Source: the human T2T-CHM13v2.0 reference genome, Homo sapiens | NCBI RefSeq assembly: GCF_009914755.1 | Contig: NC_060934.1 | Strand: one strand, 5' to 3' | Length of the DNA: 64,000 nt | Shown: positions 15,460 through 29,110 of the stretch, piece by piece | How the letters are laid out: every line of letters starts with the position of its first letter | Numbering within the stretch: position 1 is the first letter of the stretch | Notes under the pieces: generated by a model | Databases searched by the model: none | What the model saw: the letters and a program-made list of their open reading frames with translations, nothing else | Told to the model about the DNA's origin: nothing | Made by a program: the position numbers and the translations under genes

Positions 15460-17357
15460 GAGAAGTTTTCTTAAAACAGACACAAAAAGCGCTAACCATA
15501 AATGTGTTTGACAGGTTTTTCAACATTAAAAATAATAACTTCTACTCATCAAAAAGTACCATAAGGAAAATGAAAAGATTAAACCCAAAATGGAAATGTG
15601 TATGTAACAGGTATAATCAACAAGTTCTACTATCTGTAAAACATGAAGAACCCCTCCTGATCAATAAGGCAGAAGTAGATCATCTAACAGAAATGTAGGC
15701 AAAAGACTTTCTACATGGCTAATAAAATATGCCAAGACCCTCAAATTTATTAGTAGTTATGGAAATGCAAATTAAAATCATAATGAAATTCCTGTTCACA
15801 TACATCAGGTTGACAATAGTTAAGAAGTCTGCAATACCAAATTATGTGAAGCAATGAAACGTTTCATACACTGTGGGTGGGAGTGTAAATAGGTAGAACC
15901 ACTTTGAAAAATATTTTCTGCATCATCTCATATAGATGAAGATATGCATTTCCTAACATGCAACAATGTGCTCTAGGTCTGGAGATGCTTGCAAGACTGT
16001 TTATGCAACATTATTGGTAATTGGCAAACACTGAATATAATCCAAATGTTCATCAGTAGTAAAATGGATGAATAAATTATGATATATGCATATAATGGAA
16101 TAGTACTCCTCAGTGAAAATTTGCAAGTGACATCTACAATAACTCAGATTAATTTTTCAAACAATGTTGAGCAGAAGATATGCAAGAGAATACATAAAGC
16201 ACAATTCCACTTATTAAAGTTCAAAAACACCTAAGTCTCTACTATATACTTTAGTATATAGTAGCACAGGAAGTTTTTGAAGACCTGGTGATAGTTATGT
16301 GGCTTTCTGAATTCTACCTTTCTGTTTTATGCAAATTTTGGTATTTATGATATGTATCACAACAAAAAACACAAAGTGGTTACTCATGTTTTGGAAACTT
16401 TATGCCAATACATTAGGAAACAGAAATAACAAATAGTTTTATAGAAAAATAAAAATCCTCAAAATGGACATAGGAGAAATAGAAACACTGAATTGATCTA
16501 TAATCACTGAATTATTTAAATAACACATTAAAAATCTGCCCCAAAACACATGATTTGGCCCAGGTGTTTTTGCAAGTGAATTTTAGTTTTACCCCAAATT
16601 TCAAGTAAAATCTCATTTGTACCTCATATAAACCATCTCAGATAACAAATAGGAGAGGAGCACTCATGGCTCCTTTTAGGAAGCTAGCATTTAACTGATA
16701 CCAAATGTAGATCAAGAATGACACAATGAAGGGAAAGCTGAGATCTTGCTTCCTTATAAACAGATTTTAAAATCCTAAATAAAATATTAGCCGTGAAATT
16801 TCCAGATATGTTTCTTTAAAGCTCATTATGATTTAATAAGGCTTTAATCATGTAAGTGTAAAGATGATTTAATGCTAAAAAAAACTATAAGGTTGTTTGT
16901 CAAATTAACACATTAGAGGAGAAAAGCTCTGGGATAAACTCCCTCCCTACATTCTGAAAAAAATTAATATAGTCCAACATATATTTTAATGAAAAAACTA
17001 TGAAGATACATTTATTTAACCTAACTACCAAAAAATTTTACAGCAAATGTTGTGCTTAGAGTAAAATCCACTGGAAGCAGATCATTTCAGATTAGGAAAG
17101 CAGGAATAAGATATAGAAGCCTTCATTGTGAAGACCCCAGACAATACAGTAGGAGGAGAGACAGAGAGAGAGTGGGGAAAGGTGAGGAGGAGGAAAAGGC
17201 GAGAAAGTTATGAGAATTCAAAAGGAAGAAACAAATGTCTCCATTAATCACCGTGGATATGATTGTCAGCTTAGAAATTAAAGACATTATTAGAACTTAT
17301 AATACAAGATACCAGAAGTTTACAAGAATCAAAATTTTATACTCCAAATAAATCAAT

Positions 17358-17476
17358 AAATACCAATAGAGAATCTTGCCAAATTCACAAGAAACTGGTT
17401 AAAATCTCATGGGAAAAACAGGCAAAGATTATGCTTAGACAATTCACAGAAGAACCTTGCCCAGTTGCTCATGTCA
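17358..17476 (+). repeat. Dispersed direct duplication, copy 1 (partner 18298-18419)
   Basis: aaataccaatagagaa.cttgccaaattca...gcccagttgctca.gtca; 11 substitutions and one 3-nt indel between copies by manual count. Confidence 0.9.
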
Positions 17477-18051
17477 TTTCCATATTCCTGTAACAAGTAA
17501 TTATAAATAAGATAAAATTAGATGCTTTTTATGAGATGGCAACAACATCTATACATGACCTAAATTTAAATATAAGGTATGTAGGACATTTATGGAGAAA
17601 ATTAGAAACAATATTATAGAATTATAGAATTTAGGTCTAAATAAATGAGCAGATACAAAGTTCATAGAAGAAAGACTAAGTACCAGAACGATGATTATTA
17701 CCCCTAGTTAATCAAAAATTAATTCAATTTCAATATAAATGCCAAGAGTGGTTTTCCCTAGAAACTTACAGTCCATAAGAATTTTTGACCAGTTTGTCAA
17801 GGGCCGAGAAAATGTTGAGAAAGTATTAGGTGGGAATATCTACCAGATCCAAGGACTTATTATTTTTACAGTGATAGAAAAATAGAATAATGGAACAAGA
17901 TCAAAAGTCTGTGAAATTAACTATGTACTTGACTACCATTTAGTATATAATACATGACAGTAGTGGCATTAAGATTGGGAGAAATGATGGTTTTAAATAA
18001 ATAGTACTAGAACTCATGGTTATTCTCATAGAAAAAATAAAATTTGATGCT

Positions 18052-18110
18052 AACATTGTATCTTGCATGGACCTAAATTCCAACATTGTATCTTACATGC
18101 ACCTAAATTC
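18052..18110. repeat. 30-bp tandem duplication
   Basis: aacattgtatcttRcatgSacctaaattc x2. Confidence 0.9.
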
Positions 18111-18297
18111 TGGTTGAATTCCAGACTGACATGTGAAGAACAAACCCAATACTTTGAAGATTTACATCTATTTTCTTCTAACAGTGTCCAACAAAACATA
18201 AAAATTCCAAGCCATAAATTTTCCTCCTATAAGGTGAAAAAATACCTCACAGACAAGAAATTATCTATAAGTTTATAACTGGCAAATGATGACTATG

Positions 18298-18419
18298 AAA
18301 TACCAATAGAGAAACTTGCCAAATTCATAAGAAAATGTTTAAAATCTCATGAGAAAAACAAGCAAAGACCATGCTCAGACAATTCACAGGAGAAGAACTT
18401 TGCCCAGTTGCTCACGTCA
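18298..18419 (+). repeat. Dispersed direct duplication, copy 2 (native L1 position)
   Basis: Matches 17358-17476. Confidence 0.9.
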
Positions 18420-18429
18420 AAAATCTAAT

Positions 18430-19120
18430 AATAGTCATTCTTGATTCTGCTGTTTGCTTCACATTCCGCATGGAATCCTCCAGCATATCCTGTTGGTTTA
18501 ACTTCTACAGCATAATCCGAATAGAACGAGTTCTCTCAACTCAACTTCCAGCTATAGCTGAGACCGATCCGCAGCCCCCTCCCTCCAGGACTCATGAACT
18601 TCTCGCTTGGCCTCCCTTTTTCCATCTATCCCCAGAGCACTATAAAAACCTATATATGGTGTGGCTCACTTCTCTTTTTAAAACCCCTCAATTTTTCCAG
18701 TCACCCTTGGGGGAAAAAAACATTTCTCACCATGGCTAAGATTCTATATGGCCTGGCCCCTGACTTCCTGTTCCAAATCGCTTCCTACCACTTTCCTCAG
18801 ACACCTAAATCTCTTCCAGGCCCCAGAGACTGAAATGCTTCTCCCTGGACTCCCACCTCACACAGGCTTCCTCTGAGAGGCCTGGCACAGGTCCCTAAGC
18901 TACCCAATGGGGCCCTGACACCATCACCTCTGTCCCCCAATCCAGCATAATTTCTCTTCATGATGCCTGAAGTTGGATGATAACAGACTGAGAAGAAATG
19001 ATAAAATCTCCTCCAGTCGAGGTGAGCTCCGGGGGGATAGATTACTTAGGCTCCCTAGCTCCCTGATTCACTTCTGTGTCCCAGGACTGAGAGCATGACT
19101 GGGCATTCAGTGAGTGAGCC
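18430..19120 (+). mobile_element. L2 remnant interrupting the old L1
   Basis: C/T-rich L2-like body (gtggctcacttctcttttaaaacccctca; ggcctggcccctgacttcc) ending gactgggcattcagtgagtga. Confidence 0.45.
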
Positions 19121-19139
19121 CCGGGTTGCCATGGAATGA

Positions 19140-20080
19140 GAGAACATCGTCCAAACTCACCAGTCATCAAGGAAATACAAATTGATGGAACAGAGAGATA
19201 CTGTCCTGCACCTGACATGGGAGAATGAAAGCCTCTAGGGATAGTGTTTGTGCAGACACAGAGACATGGCGACTGGGGCCATGGCTGCCACGTGTGCTGG
19301 CTCAACTCGAACCCCTCAGGTTTCTGCTTCTTGTCAGGCATAAATGTCCACAGACATCACTTTCCCTGTCCAGAGTGTTCTGGCTTGGACAATAAATGAT
19401 GTGGCCACCCTCTGTCTAAGAATTTCTGCAGATGGAGGGTGGCATGAACTGTCGCACAGTCGGGCAGTGTCCATGCATTGAAGATCCGTTGCTCTTCGGC
19501 CCAGCAATTCTACTCCTTGGCACACATCCTAAAGAATTCCTCACTCCACAGATAAGGACACTTTGATAAGAATATTAATTGGATCACTATTCCCCTGCAC
19601 TAAAAATTGGAACTAATGTCAATACCCTCCATGGAAGAATGGATGAATTAACTATTATGAAGTTATATAATAGAATAATATCTGTTAAAATGAACTAAAG
19701 TTACATGTGTAAAATTTGAATTCATAATGCTAAGTGAAAAACAAATTGATAAGAGAATCTATAGGGTTTTTGCCATTTATACAGACTTCAAAAACAAACT
19801 ATAGTTATTGTTTATGGCTACATATGCACATGTACATATAGGTATCTGCCCAGGGTGGATGGACACCCAATGCTTTCAAGGGTACAGTTACCCTTGGGGT
19901 GAGGGAGGTGGATAGTGATGGTGATGGTGGCTTCAACTGTGTCTGGAAAGGGTTATTTTATGAACAGTTGAGATTGGAAGTAAATATGGCAAAAACCTGC
20001 CTTTCTCAATATCTGTGTGGCACTTTAGTGGGCCTTTGTTATATTATTCTCAGCACCATACTATATGCTTAAAATGCTTT
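19140..20080 (+). mobile_element. L1ME-type ORF2 end and 3'UTR
   Basis: aactcaccagtcatcaaggaaatacaaatt; cccagcaattctactccttgg; aatgctaagtgaaaa. Confidence 0.55.
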
Positions 20081-20135
20081 AGAATCAAAATCACAAAAAT
20101 AATTTAAAAGAGTAGATATTAATAATTTAAAAATA

Positions 20136-20440
20136 AGCCAGGCACTGTGGCTCATGCCTGTAATCCCAGCAATTTGGGAGGCCAAGGCGGGCGGATCACT
20201 TGAGGTCAGGAGTTTGAGACCAACCTGGCCAACGTGGTGAAACCTCATCTCTACTAAAAATACAAAAAAAAAAAAAAAATTAGCTAGGAGTGGTGGTGCA
20301 TGCCTGTAATCCCAGCTACTCGGGAGGCTGAAGCAGGAGAATAGCTTGAACCTAGGAGTTCGCACCACTGCACTCCAGCCTGGGTGACAAAGAGAGACTC
20401 TGTCTCGAAAACAAAACAAACAAACAAAAAACCAAAAAGA
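20136..20440 (+). mobile_element. AluS with expanded A-linker and right-arm deletion
   Basis: Left arm intact; linker with ~16 A; right arm lacks the ggcggaggttgcagtgagccgag segment near 20358; (CAAA)n tail. Confidence 0.92.
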
Positions 20441-21974
20441 ACTGATAAGTCAAAGAGCTGGTGTCATAAACATTTAGAAAAAAACCTCATAAAATAGACA
20501 AAACCCTATGTAGTATAGTAAAGAAATATAAGTTAATAGGAACCATGGCCACTTTAATAAATTGTAAAAGGCTGTCATGTACAGATCTATGCCAGAGAAT
20601 TTCAAAAATCTCTGTGAAATAAATGTATTTTTAAAAATATGAAGTAACAAAAACCAAATAGCCCCCAAATGATGGAAGAGATGGAAAAAAAAATGATCTC
20701 CATCCCAATTATTGTATTGACGGTGTCTTGAGAACGTGTCATACCTTCTATCTTCCCCACGTGCTTGCACCTGCCTGCAGTGTGCAGTGAGCTCTAAAGA
20801 GGAAAATCTGCATGCGCTGCTGAAGTCACTGCCTGGCTCTTGGTGATGTCATGACAAAGGGTCGGAGGATAGGGAAGCTCCATTGTCAGGGTTCACGTTC
20901 AGCCTGTATAACTGTTGTTAAAACACTTCCTGCCACTTGGTAAAAACCCCAGCTTGACACCCTCAGTGCCTCCCCACTGCTTGGAGCCCTGGGCTTTCCC
21001 CACAATCTAGCAGTCAGGGACCCACCTCCTGCTAAGCCAGCCTCTGAGCCCTTCCTGTACCAGACATTAAATTCTATGGACGTCACTCATGCTCATGCTA
21101 CCTAAAATATCTCAGATCTTAGAAGAATTGGGCAACTTCTGAATTCATTTTATGAGATTAGAATAAACTGCAATCTCTGAGCTCAAAAAGACACACACAC
21201 GGGCACATACACACATGAAAATAAAGTATCGACCGCTTTTACCTTTGACTATGAGTACAAAAATATGACAACAAATCAAATTAAACATACTAATATAATA
21301 ATAATACACATATAGAGTAGGAATGCTTTCCAATACTGTACGAATAGAACAATAGTAATACACTAGTAGGATTTATTCCTGCTACATTATGTGTAAACAT
21401 AACTTACCACATCAACAGATTAAATTAGAATCTTTTAAGGAAGATGTCTAAAATATATCAGAAAAAAATGTCAGCATCTAATCTCAATGTCATCTCAACA
21501 TGGCAAGATTGAAAGTGACATTTCTCAATACTTAAGACCATCTTAAATCACTAATTGGTAAAGTATGTGATGTGAAAGATTTGAGTCATTTCTATTACAA
21601 TTAGGAACAGGATAAAGATGTCTATTTCCTCCACTTACATTCAACATGTTCAGAAAATTCTGCTCATTGCCATAGAACGAAATAAAAGATAAAAGATAAA
21701 AAAAGATATTTTATTGTAGATCTGGAAGATGTAACCTCTTGAAAGGAGGAGGAAAAGTGACCATTATTTGCATAGCACGGCTGTTCACAAATAGTCTCCC
21801 CCTCCCGAAAAGAAAGATCATTTACTGGAATAAAATTAAAAATAATAAGTATGTTCAATAAGATGATCAGTTATAAAATAAGCATTTCAAAATCAATAGC
21901 TTCAGGTTATAAAACCCAGTGGTAAGATTTTCTTCTTTATGTTTATTCATTTTGTTTTTTCAAAAAGGAGCTTA

Positions 21975-22319
<345 letters not shown>

Positions 22320-22589
22320 TTAGAAATGCAGTTCCTTAGGAATCTGCAATAGTCAGTAGAAAACAAAATGTAAAATTAATCTATTTATAATCACAAAAAA
22401 ATATAGTGCTATGGAATAGAGTTCACAAGAAAGATCCAAGGCCTTTATGGAGAAAGTACAAAGATGATCATGAAAATGACACTTGAGCCAGCGAGAGCAA
22501 AGATGGAAGCCCCGCATGGGGAGGCTCATTATTGTTAAGATGTCAATTTGGGGAATGTGATTTTTTTCCTAAGTCCACAATCTCTTTTA

Positions 22590-22960
22590 AGAGCTTTGGT
22601 GCAGTATCCTTGAAATACAATAAACTGCTCATATTTAAATCGTGCAGTTTGGTAAGTTTCCATGTATGTCCATGCCACACTCAAGACATATACGCCTCAC
22701 CTTCCAAAATTCTCTGGTGCCCCTTTGAAAATTTCTCTCACTCCTCCCTGACTCCCCATCCTTATCCACCAACAAACACTCATCTGCTTTCTGTAGCTAC
22801 ATATTAATTTCCATCTCCTAAATTTTTTATAAATGAAATCATACAGTATACTCTGTTTTTCTTCCTTCTTTTACCCAGGATAATTATTCTGAGATTTAAC
22901 CTTGTTGTAGTGTGTATCAATATTATATTCTTTTTTATTGTTGAGTAATATTCTTTTCTA
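22590..22960 (-). mobile_element. L1MC/ME 3' end, antisense insert
   Basis: aaatacaataaactgctcatatttaaa; ttttataaatgaaatcatacagtatactc; taattattctgagattt. Confidence 0.6.
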
Positions 22961-23644
22961 AGAAAGTTGTTTTAGGGGAGAGGGGAACTAAACAAAACTG
23001 TTCTGAAATTCACTCTCTAGGATAGACATACAAGAATTATACAGAAACATTTGAAAGAGAGGTACCGTTAGTGTAGGTTATTGAAACCTATTATCAGGAT
23101 ACAATGGTGCAGGGTTAGAAAGAACAGGTAGATCAATGGATTAGAATGAAAATGCTAAAGACGGAGATAAATATAAAATTGTGAAAGGACAAAGAAATCA
23201 ACAGGTAATGGATCGTTCATTTAATAATGCTGTTATGAAAACTAGTTACCTAAAGTTAACGTATATGTATGTAACATCATTAACAGTGAAACTGTAAAAG
23301 CATTGTCCAGAAAATATTTTCATAATCTTAAGTCATCTGATGACTTTCTAAATATTTAGCTAATGGCAGAAAACAAATTGAAAAAAAATAAAAGGTGTAA
23401 CTATATAAAAATTAAAAACCCAAAGATTTTTGACAATATGGAAAGGCTGAAGGCAGACGATCAAGAAGGTCTTGACAACATGAATGCTAAAGATATTTTA
23501 AAGATTTGTTTTAAAATCTACAAAATTGCAAATAGAAAAATGAGATGAGCCTTCTGTACGTAAAAAGGGCATTCACAGTAGAAAATACACAAATGTGCAT
23601 ACAAGAAGTTGAAAAGATGCTCAAATTCACTGTTGATCAGACAG

Positions 23645-25000
23645 TTTAGTGAGCCAGGGTAAGGCATTTGGGTTTTATTGGGAGAGCGATGACAGCTACT
23701 TAGGCAGGGAGGGAGGCTGCAGGGAGACGCTTGCAGGTGCAGGACCGGGAAGAATAGAGGCAGGAAGCTGGCTGGGCACTTGATGTGATGCATTCTTGAT
23801 GTATGGGGGCCTGTGTGGAGGCAGCTAGGAGGGGTAGATTGGGAACATATTTTGGAGAAGGAGGCAGAGGACTTTGTTCATGGGTGGACTGGGGGTGGGG
23901 TAGGTGGTCATCCCTGGTACCACTGGCTCCTCTGACTTTGTCCAGCCAAGGCCAGTGCCCCCCTCTGCTGCAGAAGGGACTTCTGTAGAGAGCTGCAGTG
24001 TGGAGTGAGGACTTGAGTCTCATTTGCGAATGCCATTGGCTCTGGCTTTTGCTGGAGGAAATGCTCTGACAACCTTCAGATCAAGTGGGGAAATCTGTAG
24101 GATATTTGACAATTCTGATTTCACATTCAAAGTTTGAAAGTTTCAGAAAATGCAGTGTTCATTTATTCATTTCCCGAAATAGGAAGCTTGTATCAGCATT
24201 AGCCAGGTAGCAGGCACTGTTCAATACCATAACAATCAGAAATATGTGTGCAGCAAAGCCCCCTGCCCTCCAGCAGCCTCCAGACTAGATAAGCATGCAA
24301 TAGAGCTCTGAAACCAACAAGCATGGAGAAGGGTGTGCCCAAGCGCCTGGGGCATCTGGGAGGGGATTGTGGAGGGTGCAGCCTGCCGAGGCTTCAGCAG
24401 CCCTTGGTGGGCAGTTGTACCACAGTGGGCTCTGTGCTGACCCCCCAGCCCATGTGCTCATTTCAACTTTGTGTCAACTGTGTAGGTAGGCATGCCTTCC
24501 TTGCCATGATGTGGAAGAGACAGGGTCTTAGGGAGGTTGTGTCCTCCTATGTGACACATCCAAGGTCACAGCCAGTGAGTTTTAGAGCAGGAGTCACCTC
24601 CAGGCTTACACTGAGTCTGCCCTCTTAGCCACAACTCTACACACTAATTTCTACTTGAACAAAGGCCAAGAGTTATCATGGTGGACCAGAGGCTGGGCAT
24701 TCAGAGAGAATGGTCATTGCAAAGGACCCAGTTGAGAGCAGCAGTAGACTTTTGGGGTGTGTATAAGTGCAGTGTGGCCAGTCCGCTGGTGTGTTGGGGG
24801 AGGGTTGCAGATGAGATTGGGCAAAGAGCAGGGGCCAGTAAGGTCGGCCTTGCAGGTGACACTGCAAAGTTTGGGCTTCCCCTCAGAAAGCCCTGGAAAC
24901 ACTGATGAAGTTAAATAGGGAGTGGCATGAAGTCTGAGCATTTTTGGAACATCTCTGGGGTAGCAGTGGTGTGAAGGAGGACTGAACTCAGACTGGAGGA
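23645..25000 (-). mobile_element. Cluster of L2 fragments with a MIR at ~24440-24640
   Basis: gtagattgggaacatattttggag; atttattcattt...ccaggtagcaggcactgttc; acatccaaggtcacagccagtgagt (MIR core). Confidence 0.45.
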
Positions 25001-26734
25001 GAGAGAGGTGCTCCTGGGCTCCAGGTGGCAGAGCCAGCCCAGGGGCCCTGAGTGGGAGCCCTCCGGCTGGGGTTGTGGAAGATTTGGCATGTCTAGCTAA
25101 AAGCCTCCTCCTTCACTGTGATGTCCTGGACTTGAAAGGGGAACAAAGGACATCACACAGAGTGACTGGCAACAATGAGTTGGGGCAGGAATGGAGGACT
25201 GGAGGCAGAGAGGAAGGAAGGGACACTTCCGAAATGCAGCCAACATTGGTTCAATCCTCAGTAGGGGAAAAAGTCAAACCAAACGAGCGTATGATATTGA
25301 CAAATGTCTCTTGGGCAAAAGTCACACCCAAGCCCTTATGTTTTAACCAATTAACAGGTAAATAATTTGCCGAAGGTAGCACAGAGCCACATGTGAGCAC
25401 CTCTGCCCATGAGAAAGCTTTGTCCTGCAACTACTCATTTTCATGGGAATGTATTGCTTTCCATTTTCCCTTGAAAAGAGCTCCCCGGCATGATTCTTCA
25501 AGGCCAGCGCTGGCTGCTTTGTGCTAACCCTGCACACGCTCTGGAAGGATGAGAAGGCATCAGTGAGCTCCTCTGTTGGTTTTAAATCCACTAAGACCTC
25601 TCCGGGCTGATAAGACAGAGCTTTCTCAGAAGGAAAAACACATGGAGGGTTGTCTTACGTGTAAAAAGAGACATGCAAAAAGGTTACGTCCGAATTTGAA
25701 GGGCTCATTCATTTACCTGCCAAGAAAACATTAATTTATGTAAAGAAGCCTGGTTCAGCCCCCAAACGGTTAAATTTCCTGTAGTAGCATTTCCTGTTCG
25801 TTAGTTGTGAGTCTATCTCCACGTACAGAGGCCATCAAATCTGGCCACCAGAGACCTCCTCATCTACTTACATAAGGGTCCCAGGATTGCTCCTGTTCTT
25901 ATGGAAAATATCTCGGAAATCCCCGAGCTGAGCATTTTGATCTCCTCTGCGGTGAGAGGGAGGCTGAGAAGGGGCTGAAGAGGGAAGAGAACACTTTCCT
26001 CGCATAATTTCATTTGTCAGGAGAATCTTGCGGCTGACATTGGAAGAGTGATTTAATTGATTTTAATCATACACCTGAGAGCGGGAAATTGAGCCCTCTG
26101 TCCTGAAAAATAATTCTAGGCTTCCACCAGAATATCTAATTTGCAGCTAATAGTTTTTTTTCTTGAAGTTTTGTTGTGAAGTTTGGAAAACACAGATCAA
26201 GGGTGAGTGTCAGATGATGAATTGCTGCCCAGGAGGCCGGGAGCGCCCAGGTGGCCCTTACAACTGTCTGGTCTTTGGGGTTCTATGGAATTAGGGCACA
26301 TGGCTGCCAGTAGTGGACAAAATCTGCAATGCCTGCCACTCTGAGCACCCTTTGTCCTGCATGAGAACTGGGGCACAGGCACTGGGTGGGGTTGAGGGGG
26401 GTGGTCCTTCTGTGCACTCTGTCCCCTCTTCAGAGTGAGCATCCGATGGTCTCCAAGGCTCTAAGGTACCACACGTTGTCGTGGTCTCGATTAAACTCTG
26501 TGGGGGGCCACGATTCACCGAGTTTTCTTCCAATGAAGCCTTGGATCCAAAACGGATAAACATGAAAAGTGAATGAGTGTTGATTTCATCTTCTTACATT
26601 TAATCCGCTATAGGGAGACGTTATTGTGCAAAAGGACTTCTGGGTTGAAACGAGTTTACTCACATCAGAGAAGCCAGATCCATTTTGCATGGCAAAGAGC
26701 CAGAGCATCTTATAGTTGCTTCCTGGGAAAACCT

Positions 26735-26775
26735 CTTCCCATACTATTATTAGACCTTCCCATACTATTATTAGA
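26735..26775. repeat. 21-bp tandem duplication
   Basis: cttcccatactattattaga x2. Confidence 0.85.
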
Positions 26776-27769
26776 TATTATTCAGATGGGACTATGGTCA
26801 GCAAAAAATATGCTCATCCCCCAAAATACACAAACGCTGTAACAACCTTGTGCTTCATTAGCAAGCCAAGAGGGGCCATGCAGTGTGAATTTACCGGGAA
26901 AAAACTAGGGCGCACCCAGCAGTAGGTGCTCGGGACATGCCCAGGAAATGTTAGCTATAGAGACACCTCTCAGCTCAGTGCTGTGCTCCTTCCTCATAAA
27001 ACTCAGAGACACCTGTGCTCTTAACACACATACGGGTTGGAAGGCTGTTGGGGATCCACATATTGCATGAGTATATGACAGGAACTCCTGTGTTGTTGGC
27101 CAGTGAGTTACCTAAAACTTTAAAAAACATCGATTTGATTGTATGCCTCTCATTCATCGACATATTATTGGTAGAATCAGAAGCCAGAGAATATTAAATA
27201 GGCCTTACAGTTTTTGCACATCCGGAACTGGGACATGGCACATTTTGTAAGATATAATTCGTGAAAGTATTTGAGTGTTTTACTTTACTAAGAATGTACT
27301 CATTAGGCTCAAAGGAGACGTTAAAACCAATCTCAGTGGAGCCGTGGGCAAGCCCAGTTGTTTGGTTCAGATCTGAACAGTATCCACAGCCCTCTCTGAG
27401 CCCTTCTTGCCCAGGTCGATGGCAGAACAGCAGTCTGGGTCATGGCACTGGGTAATTTGCCCCATGATCTTAAATAAGTCACTTTCTTCATGCCTTATTT
27501 TTTGTAGTTTTAAAAGGGGTTTAGCATAAGCCTTATCTATTGCCTTAGGATGCCATCTATGAACAAAATAATAGACACGAACCTAGAGTCTTTTGAGAAC
27601 AACAGGAAATTAGATGCTTAGCTTTCTTAAGATGTCTGGGACATATGGTGCATTTATGCTTTTAGTATCCAAAAGCCATCAGTCCACAGGTGGATAAACC
27701 AATATCCTTTGTTTACCTGGAGCTCTAGATGACATTTACAGATGAGCAATGTGTTACAATCATTGGTGG

Positions 27770-27905
27770 TGTAGAACTGGACTAAGATGTGGGGAATACA
27801 ATACCCAGTTTTTAATTTAAACTTAGCCATCTATGTGTTTTGTGAGGTAAGGAACTATTTCAGCCTCCCTGAGTCTTAGTCTTCCCATCTGTCAAATGGG
27901 AGAAG
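27770..27905 (+). mobile_element. MIR
   Basis: ctccctgagtcttagtcttcccatctgtcaaatggg (MIR core). Confidence 0.6.
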
Positions 27906-29019
27906 CATCACCATCTTCCCCTCTGGCAGCCTGGGAGGGAGGTGGAAATGCAGCTTCTCAGAGTGCCAGACAAGTATGGGCTGCCAGGACTGTCAGATCA
28001 GATACCCTGAAGTCTCTGCAGACAGCCAGGCACCTGCCAAGGAGCCTCTGACCAGAGTCCCCGGGGGGAACCATCATCTCCTAACCTGCCACGATGCAGC
28101 CAGCACAAGGGCTGAGGGTGGGACTTCATCTGATCAGGCATGATGTCCACCTGTGGCTGGCATTGTGCACTTGACCCCAATGCCCACTGGCTGATGCTGT
28201 GCAGGCAACGAAGAATGATGATGCAAATTTAAGCCCCCAGCCCCTCCTGGAGCAAGCCTGGTAATTCATGCAGCACAGGATCAGCTTGTAGCAAGAGAAA
28301 TAGTCTGGGAAACTGTGACTCTACTTTGACCACAAGATTGATCTTCAAAGCAAAGAGAAAAATCAGCTGGTGGCCGAGCAGAGCACTCTAACAGGACAGG
28401 AAGTTAGAACTTAGCCTTTGAACGGTCTCTCTGGGACACTTTGCCTAATTCTTAGGCCTAAAACTGACAAAATGCTGAGGCGCTTAAAAATGCTGCCCTT
28501 TAGAACATTCTCAGTTTTCCAAGAGTATCAGCAGCAGAATCCCTTGCATCTGGGCAAGCTTTATAGTTTACAGAGTACTTCTATAAACATCACCACATTT
28601 AACTTTCACAAGAATCTTCAAACTCCATATTTAATATGCTAGCATGGGCATATTGGGTCTTGGTGTATTTAAATTTAGAGTAGAGCTGAGTAAATTTAAA
28701 ATGTGAGAGAAGTCATTAATCTGCTTATTAAATACAGTTATATATTCAGAAACATACCTTTTACTTAATTTTAATCTTTTTGATGTCACTATCCACAGTG
28801 CATACATATGCGTATGTACACGCGTGCACATACACAAACACACACATCTCATCAAGAAACATTTCACAGAACTCTACTTGCCTCTAAGATAAGTTCTCTA
28901 ATATTCATATTTTATTCAATTAATTTCATTTTGTATAAAGTGCTGGTTGCAGTTCTCTAAATTGACTTCAGGGAACACAAGCAGGGCAGAATCAGCAGCT
29001 CGAGACTCTCGGTCTCTAT

Positions 29020-29110
29020 GGCTTTAGCCATTCTCACAGGTACATAGTGATATCTCATTGTGGTTTTAATTCGATTCTCCCTAGTGGCTAATGATGTTGA
29101 ACATCTGGCT
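29020..29110 (-). mobile_element. Short L1 fragment
   Basis: ttagccattctcacaggtacatagtgatatctcattgtggttttaatt...gctaatgatgttgaacatct. Confidence 0.7.

Larger units (their letters stand above)
16380..18420 (+). mobile_element. Old L1M ORF2 remnant
   Basis: Degenerate ORF2 in order (ttatgccaatacattaggaaac; aaaatcctaaataaaatattagc; aaataaatagtactagaac). Confidence 0.6.
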
